This document shows positions 9,511 to 17,457 of a DNA stretch of 64,000 bases, one piece after another. The translations under genes and the position numbers were made by a program. Positions within the stretch are counted from its first letter, which is position 1, and each line of letters opens with the position of its first letter. Origin of the DNA: Sedimenticolaceae bacterium (GTDB lineage: Bacteria; Pseudomonadota; Gammaproteobacteria; Chromatiales; Chromatiaceae); NCBI GenBank assembly GCA_050291365.1, contig JBNKJS010000004.1:84307-148306 (forward strand). The letters are read 5' to 3'. The notes under the pieces were generated by a model, which saw nothing but the letters and a program-made list of their open reading frames with translations, had not been told where the DNA came from and made no database searches.

Positions 9511-10592
9511 TGTCCCCGGCCCTGCACAAACTCGACCCTGCCGGTGACCTGACAAAATAGTTCATAGGAGATGGTTCCAGCGTGTTGGGCCACTATCTCG
9601 GCGGCCAGCCCATCGCCCCAAAGAACGGCAGGATCGCCGATTTTTGCATCTGGCTGGCTACTCAGGTCTACGGTGATCATATCCATGGATACCCGTCCTA
9701 TCAGGGGTACTATCTCTCCGTTCAGCAATATCGGTGTACCTGATGGGGCGTGCCTGGGATAGCCGTCACCATAGCCGATTGCTACCACCCCTACCGGCAT
9801 ATCTTCCGGGCAGATCCAGCTCTTGCCATAACCAACACCATCGCCCTTACAAAAGTTATGTTTTGCAATCAGGGTGCTCTGCAGGGTCATTACCGGGCGC
9901 AGGCCATCATCCACACCAGTTCTGCCGTTAAAAGGAGAGGAGCCATAGAGCATGATTCCAGGTCGTACCCAATCCAGATGTGAATCCGGCCAGTTCAGGA
10001 TGCCGCCGGAATTGGCAATACTGCCAATGGCTCCGGTCTGTTCGATCAATGGCTTGGTCAACCTGATCTGATGATCTGTCTCTGGGTTCTGCGGATCATC
10101 CGCATTGGAGAGATGGGTCATGATCCCCACTCCATCCGCCACCGACTCGCATGCGCACAGGGCGTTATAGGCCTCCATGGCCTCTGCCACGGGAAAGCCC
10201 AAACGATGCATACCGGTATCAACCTTGAGCCAGCAGGTTACGGCAGCAGAGAGAGAGTTCTGTTGTAGTGTAGCCAGCTGCCCAGGCTCATGAATCACCA
10301 GACGCAGATTATTTGCTACTGCCTGCGATAACTCTTCCTTACTAAAAAAACCTTCAAGAATCACTATGGGCGATGTGATACCGGCTTGGCGCAGCTGTAT
10401 TCCCTCCCCCACCCTGGCAACTGCAAAACTGTCTGCGTCCTTCAGGGTATTTGCCACTGTCAGCATGCCGTGACCGTAGGCGTTGGCCTTCAGCATAGCC
10501 ATCACGCGGCTGTTTGGGGCTGATGCGCGTACCCGTTGCAGATTGTGCTCAAGTGCGGAAAGATCGATAAAGGCCTGAGGACCAAGACCCAT
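9507..10592 (-). CDS. alr: Alanine racemase
   Basis: 361 aa. PLP-lysine motif LKANAYGHG, and the dnaB-alr adjacency seen in E. coli and Pseudomonas. Confidence 0.92.
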   Translation of the reverse strand: MGLGPQAFIDLSALEHNLQRVRASAPNSRVMAMLKANAYGHGMLTVANTLKDADSFAVARVGEGIQLRQAGITSPIVILEGFFSKEELSQAVANNLRLVIHEPGQLATLQQNSLSAAVTCWLKVDTGMHRLGFPVAEAMEAYNALCACESVADGVGIMTHLSNADDPQNPETDHQIRLTKPLIEQTGAIGSIANSGGILNWPDSHLDWVRPGIMLYGSSPFNGRTGVDDGLRPVMTLQSTLIAKHNFCKGDGVGYGKSWICPEDMPVGVVAIGYGDGYPRHAPSGTPILLNGEIVPLIGRVSMDMITVDLSSQPDAKIGDPAVLWGDGLAAEIVAQHAGTISYELFCQVTGRVEFVQGRGQ

Positions 10593-11995
10593 CAGTAATC
10601 CTCTGCGCCATATATATCGGTGGCGTAGTTTTCAAATTTGGTGTATTGACCAAGGAAGGTGAGCCGAACCTTGCCGATGGGGCCATTTCTCTGCTTGCCG
10701 ATAATAATCTCAGCACTGCCCTTATCCGGGCTATCTTCGTTATAGACCTCATCGCGGTAGATAAAGACCACCACATCAGCGTCCTGCTCGATACTGCCAG
10801 ACTCCCTCAAGTCTGACATCACCGGGCGTTTGTTGGGGCGTTGTTCCAAATTACGGTTAAGCTGGGACAGGGCCACCACCGGCACATTCAACTCCTTGGC
10901 CAGGGCCTTGAGTGAGCGTGAGATAAAGGAGATCTCTGTGGCCCGATTCTCCCCAGCTGAAGGCGCCTGCATCAGTTGCAGATAGTCGATGACTATCATC
11001 CCCAGATCACCATGCTCTCTTTTCAAACGACGCGCCTTGGCCCTGATCTCGGTAGGGGTAAGGGCTGCAGTATCATCTATAAACAGGGGTGCATCCGCCA
11101 GGATACTAACCGCAGATGTGAGACGCGGCCACTCATCATCTTCCAGCTTTCCTGTACGTACCCGGTGTTGATCTATGCGGCCTAGGGAGGACATCATGCG
11201 CATGGCCAGTGAGTCTCCAGGCATCTCCATACTGAATACCGCCACTGGTACCTTTTTGTTTATGGCAACATTCTCTGCCATATTCATAGCAAAGGTGGTC
11301 TTACCCATGGAGGGACGACCTGCAACTATGATCAGATCAGCCGGCTGCAAACCAGAGGTCATTTCGTCGAAATCAGAGAAACCGGAACTAAGGCCAGTGA
11401 TGGGTTCGTCCTGTTGAAACAGGGTTTCGATTCGATCCACCGCCTTGGTCAACAAATTCTTGATAGAGGCAAAACCACCGCCTCCACGAGACATCTGCTC
11501 AGATATCTCGAATACCTTCTGCTCAGCCACATCCAGCAAAGCGGTGCTGTCCTTACCATCTGGCTGAAACCCACTATCCGCAATCTCGGTGCCAACCTTA
11601 ATCAGCTGGCGCATAACCGAGTATTCACGCACTATATCCGCATAGGCTCTAATATTGGCTGCACTAGGGGTATCTTTAGCCAAGGTACCAAGGTAGGCCA
11701 GTCCTCCCACATCCTCCAGAGCAGCAACCTTCTCTAACTCTTCGGATAGGGTTATCACATCAAAGGGTTTGCTCTGCTCAGCCAGTTGATGGATCGCGCG
11801 GAAGATAAGCTGATGCTCACGACGGTAGAAGTCGATATCCACCACCCGGTCGGCAATCTGATCCCAAGAGCTATTCTCTAACATGAGACCGCCCAGGACA
11901 GACTGCTCACCCTGAATTGAGTGAGGAGGAACACGCAGTGCGTCAGCGACAGATTCGCCTGACATCATAGCTGGTGGAAATGAATACTCTTGCAT
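10592..11995 (-). CDS. dnaB: Replicative DNA helicase DnaB
   Basis: 467 aa. Walker A GRPSMGKTTFA, and DnaB N- and C-terminal domains. The stop overlaps the alr start by 1 nt. Confidence 0.95.
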   Translation of the reverse strand: MQEYSFPPAMMSGESVADALRVPPHSIQGEQSVLGGLMLENSSWDQIADRVVDIDFYRREHQLIFRAIHQLAEQSKPFDVITLSEELEKVAALEDVGGLAYLGTLAKDTPSAANIRAYADIVREYSVMRQLIKVGTEIADSGFQPDGKDSTALLDVAEQKVFEISEQMSRGGGGFASIKNLLTKAVDRIETLFQQDEPITGLSSGFSDFDEMTSGLQPADLIIVAGRPSMGKTTFAMNMAENVAINKKVPVAVFSMEMPGDSLAMRMMSSLGRIDQHRVRTGKLEDDEWPRLTSAVSILADAPLFIDDTAALTPTEIRAKARRLKREHGDLGMIVIDYLQLMQAPSAGENRATEISFISRSLKALAKELNVPVVALSQLNRNLEQRPNKRPVMSDLRESGSIEQDADVVVFIYRDEVYNEDSPDKGSAEIIIGKQRNGPIGKVRLTFLGQYTKFENYATDIYGAEDY

Positions 11996-12203
11996 CTATG
12001 GTTATTTTAACCCGCGTTTTCCAGGTGGAATAAACTACCAAATGACTCGATTTATTAATATCGGAGCGATAGTAGAGCTACTTTTGTTGCCTGCCCCTGT
12101 ATCTGTTCATCTGCCCAGATCAGAAGCCATATCATAAACCTAGAAATTGCTGCATACCATAACTCTGTTCGCAAAATAATTTGCTTGCGTCATTTTTTTA
12201 GGC

Positions 12204-12243
12204 AACAAAAAGCCGGGCCGGGGCAAATGGACCCCAGTCCGGC
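12204..12243 (-). terminator. Rho-independent terminator downstream of rplI (second of two)
   Basis: The minus strand reads GCCGGACTGGGG-TCCATTTG-CCCCGGCCCGGC followed by TTTTTGTT. Confidence 0.6.
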
Positions 12244-12253
12244 CTTATCTGGA

Positions 12254-12282
12254 ATAGAAAACCCCTGAATGATCAAGGGGTT
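12254..12282 (-). terminator. Hairpin/terminator immediately after the rplI stop
   Basis: The minus strand reads AACCCCT-TGATCATTC-AGGGGTT followed by TTCTATT. Confidence 0.45.
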
Positions 12283-12295
12283 CCCGTGCTATTCC

Positions 12296-12745
12296 CTACT
12301 CTTCAGGAACAACAACCAGCTTGAGCATGGCATCCACATCGGTATGCAGGTGAATTACCACCTCAAACTCACCGATAATGTGGAACGGGCCTTCTGGCAA
12401 GCGCACTTCACGCTTCTCAATCGCCACGCCGGCCTCCGTAGCGGCCTCAGCGATATCCGCTGTGCCAACAGAACCGAAAAGCTTGCCCTCATCACCGGCC
12501 TTACGGCTGATGCTGATACTAAGTGCTTCGATCTTAGCCTTGCGCTCTTCTGCGGCAGCTAGCGCCTCTGCAGCTGCTTTCTCCAACTCTGCGCGACGCG
12601 CTTCGAAGGTCTCAAGGTTTTCCTTGGTTGCGAACACGGCTCGACCGGTTGGCACCAAGTAGTTTCTTCCATACCCTGACTTAACATGAACCTTGTCGCC
12701 AAGAGCCCCAAGATTTTCGATCTTTTGTAACAGAATTACTTCCAT
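12296..12745 (-). CDS. rplI: 50S ribosomal protein L9
   Basis: 149 aa. [32 protein letters not shown] is the classic L9 N-terminus. Confidence 0.97.
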   Translation of the reverse strand: MEVILLQKIENLGALGDKVHVKSGYGRNYLVPTGRAVFATKENLETFEARRAELEKAAAEALAAAEERKAKIEALSISISRKAGDEGKLFGSVGTADIAEAATEAGVAIEKREVRLPEGPFHIIGEFEVVIHLHTDVDAMLKLVVVPEE

Positions 12746-12774
12746 CGTAGCTACCTCTGAAAGGTGTAATATAT

Positions 12775-13698
12775 TTAACTTGTCTCGCCCGGACCTTCAC
12801 CCTTTCCGAAACGAGTCCTGAAATCCAACATGGCATCCAATACTCCAATGGTTGCCAACAAAATCAACATGTAATGCATGCCAATGATCAGCAGGATATA
12901 CATCCCAAACAACCAACCATAGCTGGCATTAAGCTGCGCCCTAAGTCCATGGGCCAGAGCCAACCCCTGCAGCAGATATGCCATTATCAGCAACATTGCC
13001 AGATAATCCAGCATAGGTCTGCCAACAGTCACATCCGTCGACAGCAGCGCAATCACGGCAACGGCCAACAGGGCCAGTGGCCGTGGTAACCTCAACTGGT
13101 GGAATTCATCTCTAAATCCACCGGGATTAAACAACAGCGATTGCCACCAACGCCCCAATAGCAGTGACGCTATCAGTTGCAGGAAAAAACCTGCCGCCAT
13201 CATGCCTGTCATCCAATGAGACAGTACCTCCAGCAGAAGTTTCCTCTGCCCTGCTTCCAGGCCCTGGGCCTGACCGAGGCTCTCTATCATCGGCCCCAGT
13301 ACTTTGCTCCATTGAGTTGCCGGATCACTATATTGTAGGTAGTGAATAACTATCAGTAACACTCCAAACAGAAGCGCTAAGATAGTTGTGTATGCCAGTG
13401 ACCTACTTGATCTCAGCATTAGGGCTAAGATCCAGACTGGCAACCATAACAACAGCGTGGCGCCAACCACCGGTATTACATTCACCTGTACCAGCATAGC
13501 TAGCAAGGAACAGGCAATTGCACTCAATAGTGCAACCAATAAACCGTCCCGCAACCCCACTCTCAGTGTTACTAGGGCAACCCCAGCAGAACTTATTATG
13601 GCTAACGGGGGAAATAACACAGATAACAGCGCAATAATGCTAATCGCCATTACCGCCTGCGATCTCCCCTGCATCACAAAGGATGCCAGTAAACGCAT
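12775..13698 (-). CDS. Polytopic inner-membrane protein of unknown function (DUF2232-like) embedded between rpsR and rplI
   Basis: 307 aa with about 8 hydrophobic helices. It occupies the same position as the uncharacterised membrane gene between rpsR and rplI in Pseudomonas. The family name is from memory. Confidence 0.6.
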   Translation of the reverse strand: MRLLASFVMQGRSQAVMAISIIALLSVLFPPLAIISSAGVALVTLRVGLRDGLLVALLSAIACSLLAMLVQVNVIPVVGATLLLWLPVWILALMLRSSRSLAYTTILALLFGVLLIVIHYLQYSDPATQWSKVLGPMIESLGQAQGLEAGQRKLLLEVLSHWMTGMMAAGFFLQLIASLLLGRWWQSLLFNPGGFRDEFHQLRLPRPLALLAVAVIALLSTDVTVGRPMLDYLAMLLIMAYLLQGLALAHGLRAQLNASYGWLFGMYILLIIGMHYMLILLATIGVLDAMLDFRTRFGKGEGPGETS

Positions 13699-13753
13699 AA
13701 TCCTATCCGGATCTCTGACGCAAGGGGGTTATACCCAAGCGTAGAAAAAACTT

Positions 13754-13981
13754 TTACTGATGCTTATCAGTGTACGGCAACAGCGCAACATAACGTGCGC
13801 GCTTGATAGCCGTAGAAAGTTGACGCTGATACTTGGCCTTGGTGCCAGTGATACGGCTTGGCACTATGCTGCCATTCTCACTGATATAAGCCTTTAGCAG
13901 ATTAAGATCCTTATAATCAATATCTGTAATCTTCTCAGCGGTAAAACGGCAGTATCTTCTGCGGCGAAAATAACGTGACAT
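13754..13981 (-). CDS. rpsR: 30S ribosomal protein S18
   Basis: [17 protein letters not shown]... is the canonical S18 N-terminus. ATG at 13981 has a GGAGAG SD. The track start at 13996 is a TTG that adds 5 residues. Confidence 0.95.
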   Translation of the reverse strand: MSRYFRRRRYCRFTAEKITDIDYKDLNLLKAYISENGSIVPSRITGTKAKYQRQLSTAIKRARYVALLPYTDKHQ

Positions 13982-14073
13982 ACTCAATCTCTCCAAATAA
14001 TCTGATTTCGACCGATTCTTACGGTCATCGAAAGCTAATACCCTAATATGTATCTAGGGGGTGGAAGGCGATC

Positions 14074-14472
14074 TTATTCAGCCTCTAGCTCCGTCTCGTC
14101 AGCAGCAGGGGTTTCTTCTGCTGGCTTGGCTGCTGGCTTCTCTTCTCTATCGTCCGGTGACTTGGCCAAGGGAGAAGGATCAGTGATCGGACCCTTGCGT
14201 TTAATGGTCATATCTCGCAACACAGCATCATTGAAACGGAAAGCGTTTTCCAGTTCATTCAAGGCCTCGCCATTGCACTCAATATTCATGAGTACATAGT
14301 GGGCCTTAGGCAGCTTTTGGATGGGATAAGCAAGTTGGCGACGACCCCAGTCTTCCAGACGGTGGATATGACCACCCTTGGACTCTATGATTGAGCGATA
14401 GCGCTCAATCATGCCTGGGACCTGTTCACTCTGGTCCGGATGAACCAGAAATATAATCTCATAATGTCTCAT
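14074..14472 (-). CDS. rpsF: 30S ribosomal protein S6
   Basis: 132 aa. [18 protein letters not shown] is the canonical S6 N-terminus, and the C-terminal tail is acidic. Confidence 0.97.
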   Translation of the reverse strand: MRHYEIIFLVHPDQSEQVPGMIERYRSIIESKGGHIHRLEDWGRRQLAYPIQKLPKAHYVLMNIECNGEALNELENAFRFNDAVLRDMTIKRKGPITDPSPLAKSPDDREEKPAAKPAEETPAADETELEAE

Positions 14473-14559
14473 AATTGCCCCTTTCGGATTAAGCCTCCCG
14501 CATTCATGCGGTGAAGCAAGGAGTTGGCACAGATTTAACCCCGTGCCGGAAAACAGCGC

Positions 14560-14588
14560 ATTCTACCCGTGCCAGGAGGCGCATGCAA
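14560..14588 (-). promoter_or_regulatory. Sigma-70 promoter of the rpsF operon
   Basis: The minus strand reads TTGCAT-17 nt-TAGAAT followed by a GC-rich discriminator (GCGCTG), typical of stringently controlled ribosomal promoters. This leaves a leader of about 80 nt. Confidence 0.55.
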
Positions 14589-14620
14589 CGGAAAAACATG
14601 AGTTTTTGGGTAAAAATGAC

Positions 14621-14654
14621 AAAAAAATAGCCAGGTCTGTTTTAGACCCGGCTA
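14621..14654 (-). terminator. Rho-independent terminator of the small secreted-protein gene
   Basis: The minus strand reads TAGCCGGGTCT-AAAAC-AGACCTGGCTA followed by TTTTTTT. Confidence 0.7.
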
Positions 14655-14699
14655 TCTCCAGCCAATCTTGACTACATCTAACTATCCATAACAATTTGA

Positions 14700-14948
14700 C
14701 TATTTTGCTGGAGAGTCCATCTTCTCTTCACCAGCCTTCATCTTTTCCTCTTCCATTTCTCCATCTTTCATCTCTTCTTTTTTCTCATCAGCCATATTGC
14801 CGGCAGCAGTGGCTTCTGATGTCATCTCCTTAGAAGACTCTGCTGCTTTTTCAGCAGCTTCACCCTCATGTTCACTGGCTAGAACAGATTGACTAATAAG
14901 GAAAAGTGAAACACAAAGCAGAATGCTGAGTTTTTTAAACATGGTCAT
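14700..14948 (-). CDS. Small secreted Met/Glu/Lys-rich protein
   Basis: 82 aa. Signal peptide MTMFKKLSILLCVSLFLISQSVLA, then a low-complexity EK/M-rich tail (EEMKDGEMEEEKMKAGEEKM). It has its own terminator. Confidence 0.6.
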   Translation of the reverse strand: MTMFKKLSILLCVSLFLISQSVLASEHEGEAAEKAAESSKEMTSEATAAGNMADEKKEEMKDGEMEEEKMKAGEEKMDSPAK

Positions 14949-15136
14949 TTTGATCTCCTTGAAAATGCTGTAAAACTTACCCTGTACCGAATTGATTCAC
15001 ATAAAACCCTTTTAGGGCTCGTATCGCTTAACGACAGCGCCACAAAAAGTATCACAAAGGACCATATAGACCAATAAAAAGTTCAATTTTTGTGAGGGAT
15101 TTCAACTCTAACTGAGTTCCGAAACTGGAGGGGCAG

Positions 15137-15520
15137 ATGAAAGAAGCCATATTACGACAAGACCCTAATAGCGAGTTCTTTACGCCAGAGAGATGCTTCA
15201 TCATTGAATTGTCTAACAGCCACGAGGATCCGGAATTATCAATCGCTCAAGCAAGAGTGAAACCTGGTGTGACTACTCGCTGGCATTACTTAACAAACAG
15301 TGCAGAGCGCTACTATATCATCCAGGGTAAAGGCAGTGTTGAGATTGGAGATATCCAAGCACAGGAAGTAAATCCAGGGGACGTCGTGATTATTCCACCT
15401 ATGTGTCCCCAACGCATTACCAATATCGGGGCAGAGGATTTAATCTTCTTAGCTCTTTGTACACCTCGATTTTCCAGCGATAACTATAAAGAGATTGAAG
15501 GAGATCCTGTTCCTGATTGA
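15137..15520 (+). CDS. Cupin domain protein
   Basis: 127 aa. Cupin-like motifs (GVTTRWHYL...ERYYIIQGKGSVEIGD...GDVVIIPP...QRITNIG). Confidence 0.7.
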   Translation: MKEAILRQDPNSEFFTPERCFIIELSNSHEDPELSIAQARVKPGVTTRWHYLTNSAERYYIIQGKGSVEIGDIQAQEVNPGDVVIIPPMCPQRITNIGAEDLIFLALCTPRFSSDNYKEIEGDPVPD

Positions 15521-15535
15521 TACTGGAAATTGGGA

Positions 15536-15991
15536 TTAGTTTTCTTTAATGGAGTCGTCATACTTAATCTCAAAATGCAGCTTATGCTTAGCTTCTTCAT
15601 TAGCTAGGGCAAGCAGCGACTGTCTGATGGTATCGTCCTCGGCCATTGCAGCCATATCGGTGTATAGCTGAAATGCCTTCTTTTCCATCTTCATAGCCAC
15701 AACCAAGGCATCTTCGTAGCTCATATCATCTGAAGGTTCAACATCAACTATGTAATCAGCCATTTTTAGATCAGGTGCTGTTTGACGGCTAACAAGTTTT
15801 GTTGCTCCCTGCTCTTTTATGGCGATCAGTTTTTTCTTATGCCTGAGTTCTTCTTCGGCAAAACCCTCTAAGATTTCTCCCATGGAGCTATGCTTTGCGC
15901 TTGATGATAGCTTAGTGTAAAAATCTGCAGCTGCCTGCTCCTGATCAATGGCAAAATCCAAAATGTCGTCTAACGATTCCCATGCTTTCAT
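15536..15991 (-). CDS. Ferritin-like diiron protein (rubrerythrin family, no rubredoxin domain)
   Basis: Two E...ExxH pairs (EQAAADFY / EEELRH and MEKKAFQLY / EEAKH). Start set at ATG 15991 (MKAWESL...), which has an AGAGG SD. The track start at 16066 adds 25 unlikely residues. Confidence 0.7.
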   Translation of the reverse strand: MKAWESLDDILDFAIDQEQAAADFYTKLSSSAKHSSMGEILEGFAEEELRHKKKLIAIKEQGATKLVSRQTAPDLKMADYIVDVEPSDDMSYEDALVVAMKMEKKAFQLYTDMAAMAEDDTIRQSLLALANEEAKHKLHFEIKYDDSIKEN

Positions 15992-16284
15992 AAACTTTGC
16001 TACCTCTATAGTGCTTATATGTCTGACGTCTAATATATAAGTGGCTTGTCCTGAAAGCAAACACAAGGCTTACCAAATGCTTCTTTCGCAAATTGTGGGC
16101 TTTATTTCTGGCAGCCTGAGGGGCTATCTACCTAAGAATCAAACAAACTCTTTAGGGCATTTATCAAAGTAGGGTTTCATCTGCATATCATATTTAAGAA
16201 TATGATCTAACAACCAGTTTCTGAGTAACCCAATCTAATCAGGTAGGATTAACTCCATACGAGAACTGTCCGTTTACATTGAAG

Positions 16285-17208
16285 TCAGGCTGATTTTATT
16301 TGGTTATCAATACAAATTAACACCCTGAGACTATCTTCAATCGATTTCTTTAATATGAAGCTGCATAGATCATCGTAAATCTCTTTATTTACCACATAAT
16401 TGTTTTTGGATACTTTCACCTGCTCTTGTCCAAAGTGCTTCCCCAATGGACCATAATATCCAAAACCTTTTTTTCTGCTTATCCTATCCCTGTAGAAAGA
16501 TGAAGCTGCATGCTCATCACTCTTCCAAAACAGGTCCCAACCAACCTTCCTGGGTTCACCATTTATTACAACATTAAATTCTGAATTTGAACTATTGATT
16601 CGCTCAAGTGTTCTCAATGCAGCATTTTGATACACACTTTCAATACAGTCTACACCTACACTGCATTCAGATACCATATTGAAACGTTCCTGATTGAAAT
16701 TAAAATTACTTAGGTACGAACCCACCCTGGAATTCAGTCCAGTTTCAAAACTATCACTCCTATTTGAACGGTGATAAACAGGTATAACATTTGCTGGAGA
16801 GCTCATATCTTGAATAAGATGCAATATTTTGCCTATCAAGATATATGAATTATTTGAAAATCCTTGAGATATATCCTGTCTCAACTCTCTAACATAGCTC
16901 CTTAGACTATGCTCTGATGTTGGATATACGGTATAGACTGGCATAGATCCAAACAGCTTTATTTTTTTTGGCTTGAATCTATTTTTATGATTAAAAAAAT
17001 GTAGCGTACGAGCTCCTTGCTGAAAATTTCCGCTTTTAATTAAGCTCGCACCATCCCTGATTTTACCAGCGTTTCTCTTGAACTCTTCTGCCAACTCTGT
17101 TGGTGAAAACATCCAGTAAAGGTCGACAGCATAATCGGTTATATCCATATGATCTTTTATTTTCATTTTTAATCCTTCAACCCTGATCCAACTCCATGGT
17201 AAATCCAT
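16285..17208 (-). CDS. Hypothetical protein with zinc-dependent phospholipase C / P1-nuclease-like motifs; AT-rich orphan
   Basis: 307 aa, visibly about 33-35% GC against about 50% in the flanks. HFFNH and LHLIQDMSSPANVIPVYH...SFE resemble the H..D...P.H ... H..E metal-ligand pattern of zinc PLC/S1-P1 nucleases. I see no signal peptide. The real start may be the internal MKIKDH at 17169. Confidence 0.4.
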   Translation of the reverse strand: MDLPWSWIRVEGLKMKIKDHMDITDYAVDLYWMFSPTELAEEFKRNAGKIRDGASLIKSGNFQQGARTLHFFNHKNRFKPKKIKLFGSMPVYTVYPTSEHSLRSYVRELRQDISQGFSNNSYILIGKILHLIQDMSSPANVIPVYHRSNRSDSFETGLNSRVGSYLSNFNFNQERFNMVSECSVGVDCIESVYQNAALRTLERINSSNSEFNVVINGEPRKVGWDLFWKSDEHAASSFYRDRISRKKGFGYYGPLGKHFGQEQVKVSKNNYVVNKEIYDDLCSFILKKSIEDSLRVLICIDNQIKSA

Positions 17209-17457
17209 GTATTACTGTGTTTTTGTTATTACTAAGTGGTATTTAACAACACCTGTCATAATATCATCTGACCTATTAAGTTAAAACAGGTCGAGTATTA
17301 TTGCCGATTATTCATACATCTGATGAACCAAACGATTATATTAAACTATTATTAGGTAATATCAGGCGGATGATGTAAAATCTCGCACCTTCTTACTTAT
17401 ATCCGCCCAGCAGTTCCGGCGTAATATAGCCAAGTTACCACCTTTACAGGCAGTCCA

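Noticed and set aside
13982-14073. There is no priB gene between rpsF and rpsR (only 92 nt).
   Set aside because: rpsF-priB-rpsR is the enterobacterial arrangement. Pseudomonas-like gammaproteobacteria normally lack priB here, so this is lineage-typical and not a deletion.
14557-14575. TGGCAC lies on the minus strand upstream of rpsF, suggesting a sigma-54 promoter.
   Set aside because: The downstream GC element (TGGCACGGGTAGAATGC) is displaced by 2 nt from the required spacing. The same bases are better explained as the spacer of a TTGCAT-17-TAGAAT sigma-70 promoter.
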